64,000 nt of DNA from an uncultured Verrucomicrobiae bacterium (GCA_963828525.1 CAWHEP010000014.1:256001-320000); one strand, 5' to 3'; counted from the stretch's first letter, positions 23,271-34,122 are shown. Program-made: numbers and translations. Notes: generated by a model from the letters alone, not told the origin.

Positions 23271-25368
23271 ATGGTTGTTGCTCTCTCCCTGCTGAATTCT
23301 GGCATCCCGCTTGCGATGTTATTCGCGCTTGCCGGGTTGGCTTTTGCGCTCTTTCTCATCCGTTCCGTCATCGCTTCGTCCCCCGGGAACGAGCGCATGA
23401 GGCAGATCGCCAGCGCCATTGAAGAGGGGGCAAAGGCCTACCTGAACAGGCAGGTCATGAGCATCAGTATCATCGCAGTGGTGATCTTTGCGCTTCTGTT
23501 AAAATTCAAGGATTTTCCCACCAGCGTGGGTTTCGTCATTGGCGCAGTATGTTCCCTGGCGGCCGGTTTTATCGGGATGCGGATCGCCGTCCTCGCCAAC
23601 ACAAGGACAACCCAGGCTGCCTCCGTCTCCAGGCACGAAGCGCTCAAAATCGCTTTCAACGGCGGCGCGGTGACGGGTTTGCTGGTCGTGGGGCTTGCCC
23701 TGCTCGCGGTCGGGCTTTTCTACATGACAACGATGCGCCTGCTTGGCCAGGAGATCGCCGTGAAAAGTCTCGTCGGTCTCGCGCTCGGCTCCAGTCTCAT
23801 CAGTGTATTTGCTCGTTTGGGCGGCGGCATCTATACCAAAGCCGCGGATGTGGGCGCTGATCTTGTGGGTAAGATCGAAAGTAATCTCGACGAGGACGAT
23901 CCGCGCAACCCAGCTACCATCGCGGACAACGTCGGCGATAACGTGGGCGATTGCGCGGGTATGGCCGCTGACGTTTTCGAGACATACGCGGTTAGCCTGG
24001 TAGGAGCGATCCTGGTAGGCTTCCTCACCTTGCGCGCTTTCCCGGCCGCTATCGTCTACCCTTTCGTTCTGGGGGGCATCTCCGTTCTGGGCGCGATCTT
24101 CGGAATTCTTTATGTAAATACCGTCAGCGCGAAACCGGGAGTCGTTCTCATGGGAGCCGTGGTAACCAGCGGTATCGTCTCCGCCATTCTTTATTGGCCT
24201 GCCACGCACATGCTATTCCCCGGGACTGTCGTCATCGCCGGAATCCAACGTACATTCTTATGACCTGTACATGGCTTCCCTCATAGGCCTGTTGATGACG
24301 GGGGTCGTCGTGATCATCACGAATTATTACACCTCCACCAGTTTCTCCCCGGTTCGGACCATTGCCAAGGCTTCGGAAACCGGCCACGCCACGAACATTA
24401 TCGCGGGCCTGGCTATCGGGCAGCATGCGACCGCGTTGCCGGTCGGCTTCATCGGGATCGCGATCCTCCTCAGCTTCCACTACGCCGGGCTCTATGGCAT
24501 AGCTATCGCCGTCACCAGCATGCTCTCCATGGCGGGCATCATTATATCACTGGACGCCTTCGGCCCCATTACGGATAACGCGGGCGGCATTGCCGTCATG
24601 AGCGGGTTGCCAAAAGAAGTGCGAGCCATCACGGACGAGTTGGACGCTGTCGGAAATACGATGAAAGCCGTAACCAAAGGCTACGCCATTGCGTCGGCTG
24701 GACTGGCGGCGCTCGTGCTTTTTGGCTCCTACGTCGAAGAACTCAAATCCTATTTCGCCATCAATTCCAGCAGTCACGCGCCCCCTCTTGAGTTTTCTCT
24801 TACCGAGCCTGAAGTAGTGATCGGCCTGTTCATTGGCGGCTTGCTTCCGTTTATTTTCACCGCCTTCAGCATGGATGCCGTCGGAAACGCGGCGGGAGCC
24901 GTCGTCCGGGAGGTTCGCCGCCAACTGCAACTGAAACCGGGTATCCTCACCGGCGAAGATCAGCCTGACTACGGGACATGCGTTGACATTGTTACGAAAG
25001 CCGCCCTCCGCGAGATGATGGTTCCCGCTTTACTGCCAGTAGTGTTCGTTGTCGGTGTCGCGGCTATTCCCGCGTTGGGGCCGGTTGTTTTGGGAGGAGT
25101 TCTCGTCGGAACCATCGTGACGGGGCTCTTCGTGGCGATTGCCATGACATCCAGCGGCGGCGCATGGGATAACGCCAAAAAGTATATCGAAGAGGGCAAT
25201 CACGGCGGCAAGGGTTCCGCGGCTCACGCTGCGGCTGTCACTGGCGATACGGTTGGTGACCCCTACAAGGACACTGCGGGGCCCGCGATCAATCCGATGA
25301 TCAAGGTGGTGAACATCGTCGCCATCCTCATCATCCCGATTTTCATCCGATTCTGGGTTAAGCACTAA
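23271..25368 (+). CDS. hppA: Membrane-bound H+-translocating pyrophosphatase (frameshift near 24260)
   Basis: [63 protein letters not shown]. Confidence 0.95.
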
Positions 25369-25422
25369 CAGGATATTGTTTCACATCCGCTCACACCAAC
25401 GAACCAAACCGCGGTTGCCAAG

Positions 25423-26622
25423 ATGAAAGCGCTTTTCCTGACTAACGAATTTCCCCCAAACATCTACGGGGGCGCTGGCGTCCATGTGGATTACCTGAGC
25501 AGGGAACTCGCGAAACTGATGGAGGTGGAGGTCCGCTGCTTTGGCGATCAGCGCAAGGCAGATGGCCCGCTCACTGTCCAGGGGTTCCAGTTGGACGCGG
25601 AGCAGTTCACCTGCCCGAAGCAACTTCGTTCCGCTTTCGGAGCCATTCGCCGATGCATCGACTTCAATACCACGAATATCGATGCGGATGTGGTCCATTG
25701 CCATACCTGGTACAGCCATTTCGGCGGCATTCTTGCGAAGCTGAACTACGGCATCCCGTTGGTTTTGACGGTGCATTCCCTTGAACCTCTTCGCCCTTGG
25801 AAGCGGGAGCAATTGGGTGGAGGGTACGACTTTACCTGCTGGCTGGAGAAGACCGCCCTTGAGATGGCCGATGCCGTGATCGCCGTTTCACAGGAGACCA
25901 AGTCTGACGTTCTTCGCCTCTTCAACGTGAAGGAGGATAAGGTCAAGATCATCTACAACGGCATCGATCTTGAAGAATACTCCCGCACCGAGTCCACCGA
26001 GGCCCTCGTCAAGTTCGGGGTGGATACCAATGTCCCGTATGTCCTGTTCGTAGGAAGAATCGCGCGCCAGAAGGGCATCATCCATCTGGTCAACGCCATC
26101 AAGTACATGCACCCCAGCTTCCAGGTTGTTCTATGTGCTGGCGCGCCTGATACCCCCGGGATCGCCCGCGAGATGACGGAGGCGGTGGCCGAACTGAAGC
26201 GTCACAGGTCAAACGTCATCTGGATTGAAGAGATGGTGGATAAGAAAACCGTTTACCAGCTCTACTCAAATGCGGCGGTATTTTGCTGCCCGTCCATCTA
26301 TGAGCCTTTTGGCATCATAAATCTGGAGGCGATGGCCTGCGAGACCGCCGTCGTTGCCAGCGCGGTAGGCGGGATAAAGGAAGTCGTTGTTCACGGTGAG
26401 ACGGGTTATCTCGTCCCGCTTGATCAAATGCGCGAAAGCCCTTTCGAACCTGTCGATCCCGATAAGTTCGCGCGCGATCTTGCGGCGCGTGTCAACGAAT
26501 TGATGAGTGATGCCGAACTGGCCGCGAAGTTCGGTCGCGCGGGTCGTCGGCGCGCGGTGGAGAAGTTCAGTTGGACAGCGATCGCGAAGCAAACTCATGA
26601 CCTTTACGCCAGCCTTCTTTGA
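25423..26622 (+). CDS. glgA: GT4 glycogen synthase/maltose-1-phosphate synthase (actinobacterial GlgA/GlgM type)
   Basis: EFPPNIYGGAGVHV, HCHTWY, HSLEPLRPWKREQLGGGY, YEPFGIINLEAMAC. Confidence 0.9.
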   Translation: MKALFLTNEFPPNIYGGAGVHVDYLSRELAKLMEVEVRCFGDQRKADGPLTVQGFQLDAEQFTCPKQLRSAFGAIRRCIDFNTTNIDADVVHCHTWYSHFGGILAKLNYGIPLVLTVHSLEPLRPWKREQLGGGYDFTCWLEKTALEMADAVIAVSQETKSDVLRLFNVKEDKVKIIYNGIDLEEYSRTESTEALVKFGVDTNVPYVLFVGRIARQKGIIHLVNAIKYMHPSFQVVLCAGAPDTPGIAREMTEAVAELKRHRSNVIWIEEMVDKKTVYQLYSNAAVFCCPSIYEPFGIINLEAMACETAVVASAVGGIKEVVVHGETGYLVPLDQMRESPFEPVDPDKFARDLAARVNELMSDAELAAKFGRAGRRRAVEKFSWTAIAKQTHDLYASLL

Positions 26623-26731
26623 ACGTCGGAGCTGGCCCCAGTGGTACCGGAAACCGCAGCCGGTGGACAAATGATCCCTTTCCATGTAAGGAAGCCAGAC
26701 GCGGCGCTCTGAAGGCGTTCTGTCCCGGGAT

Positions 26732-26953
26732 ATGCTCTACTTTCTAGCCATTCTTTGTCCGCCTCTGGCGGTTCTGCTTTCTGGAAAGCCTCTCCAGGCG
26801 CTGCTAAATCTTGCGCTGACAGTCTGCCTCTGGGTTCCCGGCGTGATCCACGCGCTATTCGTTGTGAACAGCCACCTCGCGGATCGTCGCGCTGACCGTG
26901 TCATCCGCCAGATGAAGCAGCACCAGATGAACTCCGTTCTCCGGAAGTTGTGA
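26732..26953 (+). CDS. YqaE/Pmp3 family small membrane protein
   Basis: LAILCPPLAV...LNLALT..LWVPGVIHA motif. Confidence 0.88.
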   Translation: MLYFLAILCPPLAVLLSGKPLQALLNLALTVCLWVPGVIHALFVVNSHLADRRADRVIRQMKQHQMNSVLRKL

Positions 26954-26954
26954 T

Positions 26955-27419
26955 TCAGTTGCCACGAGCAATCCGCCGCAACTCCAGGTAGCGATCTCTC
27001 ATCGCCCGTACTCTCGCCGCTAATCTCCACGTCTGGTATTGCCCCGCCGGTTCCGTCGTCGGTGCCGCGGAGGGCAGGGTTAAAGGCAAAGAGGCCGCTT
27101 CCACGTGACTGGTTTGCAGAGTTCCCGTCCGTAACTGATCGGGCTGCGCGTTTTCGCTGCCAGATTTTTGGGCGGAGTTCCCTGCCTTCTCGGTCGCCGG
27201 TTTTTCCAGAGCGGACGCCACGTCGTCCAAACCCGCGTCGCGCAACTGCGTCTTGTAATCTTTGAGCAGTGCCTCCGCCATGCTGAGTAGCTGCCGAAGT
27301 TCAGTGTCAGAACCCTCCGCGTCTGCTCCTCGAGCAGACGTATCTTCAGCCCGGGAGGCTTGGAATCCGAGGGTGAGGGATGCCCCAAGGCAAAGAAGGA
27401 AGCGGGATGATATTCTCAT
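26955..27419 (-). CDS. Hypothetical secreted protein
   Basis: Signal-peptide-like N-terminus (MRISSRFLLCLGASLTLGFQASRA); fills the gap between genes. Confidence 0.55.
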   Translation of the reverse strand: MRISSRFLLCLGASLTLGFQASRAEDTSARGADAEGSDTELRQLLSMAEALLKDYKTQLRDAGLDDVASALEKPATEKAGNSAQKSGSENAQPDQLRTGTLQTSHVEAASLPLTLPSAAPTTEPAGQYQTWRLAARVRAMRDRYLELRRIARGN

Positions 27420-27497
27420 GTGTAAAAGTGGGTGCAGAGACAATGACTCCTCTCCCAACCCTCGGTTTCAAGAAAACCCCTGGGACGGGCTATCTAT

Positions 27498-28214
27498 TTA
27501 GATCGTCTCCGACCGGGATGGCAGAAGCAACCGCACAGTCGTTTTGCCCGGCCTGCTCGTGAGGCGTATCACCCCGCCCATCTGTTGCACCAGTCCGAGG
27601 GCCACCGTCAGACCCAACCCCGCTGCGTTCTGCTTTTGCTTTGTAGTGTAAAAAGGATGAAAAATCCGTTCCAGATTGTGTTGCGGGATACCCGTGCCCT
27701 GATCCGTTACAGTTATGGAAATCCAGTGGATCGGCTGTGCCGCGCTGCTGATGCCAGCAGTGTGCGGCGACTCGGCTGCGGCCTCTATCGTGATCCGGCT
27801 GTGGGCAGGGCTGGCCTCCCACGCGTTCCGCGCGATCTCCAGCAGCGCCATCTTGAGCCTGGAAGAGTCAGCCCAGATATCTTCCACATCCTCTGCGCAT
27901 GTCACCTCTAGAGTCGTCTCAAGTTTGAGATGCGGTTCGATGGCGGGCCGCAGCGAGCGTAGAAAGTCCCCGACGTTGATTTCCCGCCAGACGAGCGAAG
28001 TGGGCCGCGCGAGCGAATTCATGCGATCGATCAACTCAGACGCCGCGCTCGCGCTTTCCTTGATGCGATTCAGTCCGCTCAAGGTGGAAGGATCGAGTTT
28101 CTTGTCATCCAGCAGGAGACCTAAATATCCATGAAACAGGCTCAGGATATTGTTCATCTTATGCGCCAGTCCCCGCACCAACTGGTCTTGAAATTCCGAA
28201 TGTTCGATTTGCAT
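27498..28214 (-). CDS. Cytoplasmic histidine kinase (HisKA + HATPase only)
   Basis: H-box LAHKMNNIL at residue ~17; N-box, DQGTG, FHPFYTTK, GLGL. Confidence 0.88.
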   Translation of the reverse strand: MQIEHSEFQDQLVRGLAHKMNNILSLFHGYLGLLLDDKKLDPSTLSGLNRIKESASAASELIDRMNSLARPTSLVWREINVGDFLRSLRPAIEPHLKLETTLEVTCAEDVEDIWADSSRLKMALLEIARNAWEASPAHSRITIEAAAESPHTAGISSAAQPIHWISITVTDQGTGIPQHNLERIFHPFYTTKQKQNAAGLGLTVALGLVQQMGGVIRLTSRPGKTTVRLLLPSRSETI

Positions 28215-28287
28215 TCTTGCCTATCTTTACACAAGCAGGATTCGTCCTCGCTTCGCCTGCCGCAGTGCGAAACGTGGAGTTAAATGG

Positions 28288-29274
28288 CTACTCCCAACCG
28301 CAGAGCGAAGCTTCTCCAGACGAGACGCGCGTCAGCTTTCCTTCCGCGCCTCGGAGGAGGAGCGCTCCTTCCTCGTCCAGGTCTTCTACCCAGCCCCGCT
28401 GCGCCGTCTGGCCGCTGCGAATCTCCACGGCTCTGCCCGTTAAAAAGCTCCGCTTCCGGGCAACGGCGACCAAGGCCGAAAAATCGTCCACGCAATTTCC
28501 ATAGCGTCGATCCAGGCTTCGCAGGATTGCCACGGCGGTCTGCTGGCGATCCATGCGATTTCCTGTCACCATCCTCACCGAGCCCGCTTTTCCTCTTAAC
28601 TCTTCCGCGAAGTCTTCCGATTCATGATTAACGTTTACCCCGATCCCCACCACGGCGTAGGCGTTTCCAGCAGCATCCACATGAGTCTCGATGAGGATCC
28701 CCGCGATCTTGAGTCCGCGCGCAAAGATGTCGTTTGGCCACTTGATCGAGACTTCGATGGGCGAGATCGCTTCGATTCCCTCCGCTACCCCCACTGCAGC
28801 CCACGTCGTTAGTCGCGGCCATAGCGCTACCGGCATGGCGGGTCGCGCGAGCAGCGAGAACCAGAGGCCGAGCGCTTGCCCCGATTCCCACCGGCGCCCA
28901 AGGCGTCCGCGTCCGGCCGTCTGCTTCTCCGCGAAGATTACCGCGCCTTCTTTGGCTCCTTCCCTGCCTAGCCGCGCGGCGATATCGTTCGTTGAATCTG
29001 TCTCCTGGAAGACAAGGAGTTCGCGAGGGAGCGAGACTTCACCCAGTTGAGCGGCTATGTCGTCCGCGATCAGGCGGTCGGGAGCCATGATGAACTTCAG
29101 TCCGGCGTGGGGCCGTTCTTCTATCTCATACCCAGCGCCCCGCAGCGACCTGACGCTGGCATCCACAGCCGCAAGCGCTACTTGTGCTTCTGTCGCAAGA
29201 TCGAGTCTGGAGAGATGATCATGCCGCCCTCTCAGAACCTTCAGTATGCGAGCATCGTCCGAAAGGCTCAGCAT
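28288..29274 (-). CDS. birA: Bifunctional biotin-protein ligase/repressor BirA
   Basis: N-terminal HTH; TDSTND, QTAGRGRLGRRW, KWPND, KIAGIL. Confidence 0.95.
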   Translation of the reverse strand: MLSLSDDARILKVLRGRHDHLSRLDLATEAQVALAAVDASVRSLRGAGYEIEERPHAGLKFIMAPDRLIADDIAAQLGEVSLPRELLVFQETDSTNDIAARLGREGAKEGAVIFAEKQTAGRGRLGRRWESGQALGLWFSLLARPAMPVALWPRLTTWAAVGVAEGIEAISPIEVSIKWPNDIFARGLKIAGILIETHVDAAGNAYAVVGIGVNVNHESEDFAEELRGKAGSVRMVTGNRMDRQQTAVAILRSLDRRYGNCVDDFSALVAVARKRSFLTGRAVEIRSGQTAQRGWVEDLDEEGALLLRGAEGKLTRVSSGEASLCGWE

Positions 29275-30105
29275 TCAGTCACTTCCAAAGAGAAGTCGAT
29301 GGAAGGAGCGGAGTGCGTCAGCGCTCCTGCCGATATAAAGTCAACCCCGGATGCCGCCACCTCCGCCACTGTTTCAAGGGTGACGCCTCCGCTTGCTTCG
29401 AACAGCATCTTCCCATTTCCCATCTGCACAGCCTCCGCCATCTGCCCGGGCGTCATGTTATCCAGCAGGATGATGTTCGGCGCCTTCCAAAAGGAGGAAG
29501 CTGGCTACTTGCTCCAGGCGATCCGCCTCTATTTCGATGCGCATTCCGGGATGATCCCGTTGGACCCGGTAAATTGCTTCCTGTAGGGAACCCGGGTTGC
29601 TTTGCGCGGCGAGGTGGTTGTCCTTGATCAATATCATGTCGTAGAGGCCCAATCGGTGATTCTGGCCACCCCCCGCTTTTACCGCCGCCTTTTCCAGGTG
29701 ACGCATTCCAGGGGTCGTTTTCCGCGTGTCCAATATCTTCGCGTTTGTCCCGCTCACAGCCGCCACAAAGCGCGAAGTCAGCGTGGCTACGCCCGAGAGG
29801 TGCTGCAGGAAGTTGAGGGCAACACGTTCGGCGCTCAAGAGAGAACGCGCCTTCCCTGTGGCTCTGAGAACCAGATCGCCCTTCGCGACGCGATCTCCAG
29901 ATTTCAGCAACACCGACACCTCGGTGTTTTCGTCCACCCGGACGAACGTCTCGACAGCCTGTTCCACCCCGGCAAGCACCGCGTCCTCCCGCGCGATCAA
30001 CGACGCGGTCGCCATCCGCCCCGGTGGAATGAAATACTCCGCCGTCACGTCGCCAGAACCGACGTCCTCCGCGAGGGCAATCCCTACAAGGTCATGGTTC
30101 GCCAT
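29268..30105 (-). CDS. nadC: Quinolinate phosphoribosyltransferase (frameshift near 29480)
   Basis: ALAEDVGSGDVT, ERVALNFLQHLSGVAT, DTRKTTPG, LIKDNH, EASGG, ISAGALTHS. Confidence 0.95.
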
Positions 30106-30141
30106 CGCCCGGTCTCGCGGAATGTCGACAGGGCCCGCGTT

Positions 30142-30597
30142 CTAGGCGGATTGAGGAGGCAATTCGACGATCTGAAACCAGTATTTCTCCAATGTTTGCA
30201 GAATGTCCACCAAGGCTGCAAACGTCACAGGCTTCACAATGTAGGAGTTGACCCCCAGATCATAGCTCGAGTAGACATCCTCGTCAGCCTTGGATGTTGT
30301 CAGGATGACCACGGGAATCTGACGAAGATCAGGGGATTTCTTTATTTCCGACAGGGCGGCTTTCCCATCCACCCGGGGCATGTTTAGATCCAGGAGGATC
30401 AACCCTGGGCGGGGCGATTTCTCTGGATCAGAATACGTGCCTTCCCGGCGCAAGTAACGCAGCAGTTCCTCGCCGTTCTCCACGAAACGCAGATCGTTCG
30501 CAAGGCGGCTCTCTTGGAGCGCCTCCTGCGTCAACCGGCGGTCGTCCGCGTCATCATCAGCCATTAGGATCGTGATAGGACTTCCTTTGTTAATCAT
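30142..30597 (-). CDS. Single-domain response regulator (Rcp/CheY-like)
   Basis: ILMADDD, LILLDLNMP, ILTTS, NSYIVKPV. Confidence 0.93.
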   Translation of the reverse strand: MINKGSPITILMADDDADDRRLTQEALQESRLANDLRFVENGEELLRYLRREGTYSDPEKSPRPGLILLDLNMPRVDGKAALSEIKKSPDLRQIPVVILTTSKADEDVYSSYDLGVNSYIVKPVTFAALVDILQTLEKYWFQIVELPPQSA

Positions 30598-32407
30598 TCG
30601 CTTCGGGATCTGTGTGTTCGACTGGGAGGGTGATGATGAAGGTTGCCCCCTCACCATCAGCGCTTTTTGCCATAATGTTGCCGCCATGGCGATCAGTAAT
30701 TTTGCGGCACACCGACAAGCCTATGCCTGTCCCCTCGTATTCGTCACGCGAATGGAGTCGCTGGAACAGGGTGAAGATACTCTCCGCGAATTGCCGGTCA
30801 AAGCCAATTCCGTTGTCTTGAACCATGATCTGACAGATTTTGTCGCCCGGTACTAAGCCGGGAGAAGTGTTCTCCTGGACTGACAGTATCTTCGCGGAAA
30901 TGCTTACCTCCGGCTTCTCCCCGGGTCTCTGGAATTTAAGCGCGTTGCTTATGAGGTTCTGAAACAACTGCCGCATCTGGGACGGATCGGCGTCGATCGT
31001 GGGCAGGAACCCGATCTCCACACGCGCTTGGGCGCTTTCAATCCGCACCTCCAGGTCCGACACGACCTCTCTCGCGACCTTTCCCAGGTCCACAGGCAGG
31101 AACGGTTGCGCCTTGCTCGTAATTCGTGAGAGCGTCAGCAGGTCGCCAATGAGGGTGCGCATCCGCGCCGCGGCGTTCTGCATCCGCTCCAGGTAATCTC
31201 GGCCCTGCTCCCCGAGCGCGTCCGAGCACTTGAGTTGAAGCCTGTCGCCGAATGCCTGGATCTTCCGCAACGGTTCCTGCAAATCATGCGACGCGATCGA
31301 AGCGAATTGCTGCAACTCCCCATTGCTGCGCTCCAGCTTCGCGGCAAACAGCCGCAACTGCTCTTCCGTTTCCTTCTGCTCGGTGATGTCCGTGCTGATG
31401 CAGACCAGCCACGATGTTGTGTCTCTCGTGTCGTGCAGAGCCACCTTGGATGTCGATCTCCACATGAATCGGCCACTCTTGCTAAAGATTGGCTCCTGCC
31501 GGTTCAGGATTGGCTTCCCGGTTTGAAGCACAAGCTCATCGTCCGCCTGGAATACCCTCGCCGCCTCTGGGGGAAAGAAATCGAATACGGTCTTTCCCTC
31601 CACGTCCTCTTTCCTTTCCACCTCCAGGAACGCCCGGTGCGCCAGGTTCGTTAACACGTAGCGCCCGGATTCATCCTTCACGAACACGATGTTCGGCATG
31701 GCGTCCACAAGGCTGCTCAGCAGATTCCTCTCCCGCTCCAAGGTATTCTCTATCTTCTTCCGGGCATCGATGTCCCTTAGGATGAAAAGGGCGGACAGGA
31801 TCACGATCCCCAGCGTTACAGCGAGAGCCGCGGCCACCACGATCATGGCAGTGCGGCAGGCCGCGTTGATGTTGTCCGTTTCCACGCGCAATGCGTCGCG
31901 CTCCGCGTTCTGTAGATCAGACAGCGCCCTGCCCACCTCCACCTGCAGTGGCCCGCCCAAAAAGGCAAGGCCCCATGTCCCGTCAGCGCTATGCGGCGCG
32001 TTCATTGCCTCATCCAGCAGCCGCAACTTGCTCTTTACGAGACCCTCCAGCCTCAGTGCGCACTCCCGCTGTTCGGGGGAGCCTTTCACCACTGCCGCTT
32101 TTAGGTCTTCCAGCGCCTGGGCCGCGTCGCGTCTGCTGGCCGAAAATTGCGCGTAATGTTCTGGCGTGCCACCGGCAAGGACCACGAGAGCCGAGCACTC
32201 CATCCCCGCGAGCTGCTGCGAAAAAGCGGTGTCCGCCTCCATCACGCGCCACGTCTGGTTCAGGGAAGCGACAGTCCTGCGAACCATGCGCACAACCCTG
32301 TAGCTTGAAAACGCCAAAAGCGCTGACATTAACAAGGCAAGGCTGAATCCCGCCAAAACTTTCCGCGGAAGAGACCGTCCCGCCTTCAGGGTATCGATGG
32401 GTGTCAT
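30590..32407 (-). CDS. Membrane sensor histidine kinase (periplasmic helical domain + PAS + HisKA/HATPase)
   Basis: Two TM helices, PAS (VFVKDESGRY...GKTVFDFF), SHDLQEPLRKI, NLISNALKF, DNGIG, GTGIGL. Confidence 0.93.
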   Translation of the reverse strand: MTPIDTLKAGRSLPRKVLAGFSLALLMSALLAFSSYRVVRMVRRTVASLNQTWRVMEADTAFSQQLAGMECSALVVLAGGTPEHYAQFSASRRDAAQALEDLKAAVVKGSPEQRECALRLEGLVKSKLRLLDEAMNAPHSADGTWGLAFLGGPLQVEVGRALSDLQNAERDALRVETDNINAACRTAMIVVAAALAVTLGIVILSALFILRDIDARKKIENTLERERNLLSSLVDAMPNIVFVKDESGRYVLTNLAHRAFLEVERKEDVEGKTVFDFFPPEAARVFQADDELVLQTGKPILNRQEPIFSKSGRFMWRSTSKVALHDTRDTTSWLVCISTDITEQKETEEQLRLFAAKLERSNGELQQFASIASHDLQEPLRKIQAFGDRLQLKCSDALGEQGRDYLERMQNAAARMRTLIGDLLTLSRITSKAQPFLPVDLGKVAREVVSDLEVRIESAQARVEIGFLPTIDADPSQMRQLFQNLISNALKFQRPGEKPEVSISAKILSVQENTSPGLVPGDKICQIMVQDNGIGFDRQFAESIFTLFQRLHSRDEYEGTGIGLSVCRKITDRHGGNIMAKSADGEGATFIITLPVEHTDPEAND

Positions 32408-32419
32408 CGGGAATTCACG

Positions 32420-32504
32420 CGGAGGGGGTGGGATTCGAACCCACGACGCCTTTCGGCGTGCCGGTTTTCAAGACCGGTGCAATCGACCACTCTACCACCC
32501 CTCC
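32420..32504 (-). tRNA. tRNA-Ser (anticodon TGA), CCA not encoded
   Basis: Reverse complement GGAGGGGTGGTAGAGTGGTCGATTGCACCGGTCTTGAAAACCGGCACGCCGAAAGGCGTCGTGGGTTCGAATCCCACCCCCTCCG forms a cloverleaf with a long variable arm and GTTCGAATC T-loop. Confidence 0.96.
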
Positions 32505-32721
32505 TGCTTGGTTTTGCAGACTAGCCGCGCGGGATGGATTCGGCAACTCGGATTCAGACCCTGGCCGCAACGCCCGCCACGGTGATTCAGGTGGGCTGAT
32601 CTTCTGCGTCAGTCACAAGCCTGCTTGTCAAAGTGGCAAACGAAAGAGGTCGCAGTCAGATCGGTCTGGTAGCCCGATGCCTGGTTTCAGTTTCATCGCG
32701 GTGGGTTGGGAGGGATTCTAA

Positions 32722-33264
32722 TCAAGGCCATCTCTCCAAGGAAGCGCCGTCCCTTCCGAGAATAGTCAGCGAATCCGGCGCGCGCATGGCGTTCGGAAAA
32801 ATAGCCAAATTCTCCGACGCGATTCCGCGCTGAGGAAGGAAACCGGATGGCGGTGACGATACTCTGTGCCGCAACTGTCGCGCCGAGGAGCTGGAGCGGT
32901 GTGGGGCTGGGTGCCAAAAGGAAGGGGTTGTAGAAATCATCATCGGACAGGTCAAACAATTTGCGCAGACCCAAATCCTCAAAGTCCAAAAGTGCAGCGA
33001 TCCGAAGATCTCCGTAGTAGGTCAGTTCCGGCTCGGGGTTGGTGTAGTGGCTCGCGTATTCTGTATGCGCGGTTTCCCGATCTTCGGACATGTATAGCGT
33101 TTTTGCCCCCGATGATTGCAGCGATTTACCGCGCCGGACGTAAAAAGGTAGCTCGGCGGCGAGCCACTACCGAATGTTAGTTGCGAAATGCATCGAACAA
33201 GGCGGCCCGAAAAACGATGCGTCGGAGCTGTTGCTAGCAACTTCTTCCAGTCCCGTCCAGCCAT
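32722..33264 (-). CDS. RES domain toxin (frameshifted)
   Basis: Pieces in three frames: LVRC...LFTSGAVNRCN, LYMSEDRETAHTEY, AIRFPSSA, NLAIFP. These give the R/E/S pattern; the gene lies directly downstream of an Xre/MbcA-type antitoxin. Confidence 0.78.
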
Positions 33265-33270
33265 GGACGA

Positions 33271-34122
33271 TTAGGACGACGCGCCCGTCAGCATACTTTC
33301 CACAAGGTCCGCCACTACTCCCGCTCTTTTGCTTTCGATGATCTCCATCGGAGTGTGATCATCCAGGTGATAGTTCTTTCGATGGAGCCACGCCCGAAAG
33401 TCTCGCCTGCCGAAAACCGCCAGCAGCCGCGCGATATGCTCAAGCGGACGAAGCTTTTCCTGAATGGCCGGGGCATCGGGCGTTTTGCCAAGCGCTTGCC
33501 GCGTGCTGCCAATCAGCTCTCCGAGCCTGGCGGTGCTGAAACCGAACAGTTCCGCGACTTTGGGGGCGGACAGCCTTCCGCTGGCGGCCAGGAGCGGGCG
33601 AATGGCAGCAATTACCTCACGGGCCTCGCCCAAGGCGTCCGTGGTAGTCATCATTCGTTTCAGCGGGGCCTTTTCGGAAGCTGCGGGGATCTCGGAATTT
33701 TCGCCAATGATGAGCGATTTGGGCGCTCCAGTCTGAGCCCAGTATTTGGCGATGGATTGCGTGAGGCTCTTCTTTAATTCTCCGGGGCCATAGGCAAACT
33801 CCACCTGCGCTTTGCCTGGAAATAGCCGCAAAACCTCCGCCAGTTCCGTCGCGCTATGCTCGGCGGGCTTGGAGAATTCGACCACCAAATACGGATTGGC
33901 GCCGGTCGTTTTGTTATCCCACTCAGGCAGGTAAGGCCCACCTTGCATCAACTCCGAAGGCTTAACGGATTGGATCACGACGATTCCCGGTTTGATTTCC
34001 GCGCGCCGGAGCTTCTCAAGCGTCGTGCTGGTCACGTTCCACGCTTTTGCCCAGACAGGAACACGCGCCTTTCGGCGCAGGCCAGCGAATTGAATTGGCA
34101 ACTTCTCGATGACATGGTTCAT
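33271..34122 (-). CDS. Antitoxin with HTH and Xre/MbcA/ParS C-terminal domain plus an extra N-terminal domain
   Basis: HTH (VAELFGFSTARLGELIGSTRQALGK), then FRAWLHRKNYHLDDHTPMEII...VADLVESMLTG. Confidence 0.75.
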   Translation of the reverse strand: MNHVIEKLPIQFAGLRRKARVPVWAKAWNVTSTTLEKLRRAEIKPGIVVIQSVKPSELMQGGPYLPEWDNKTTGANPYLVVEFSKPAEHSATELAEVLRLFPGKAQVEFAYGPGELKKSLTQSIAKYWAQTGAPKSLIIGENSEIPAASEKAPLKRMMTTTDALGEAREVIAAIRPLLAASGRLSAPKVAELFGFSTARLGELIGSTRQALGKTPDAPAIQEKLRPLEHIARLLAVFGRRDFRAWLHRKNYHLDDHTPMEIIESKRAGVVADLVESMLTGASS

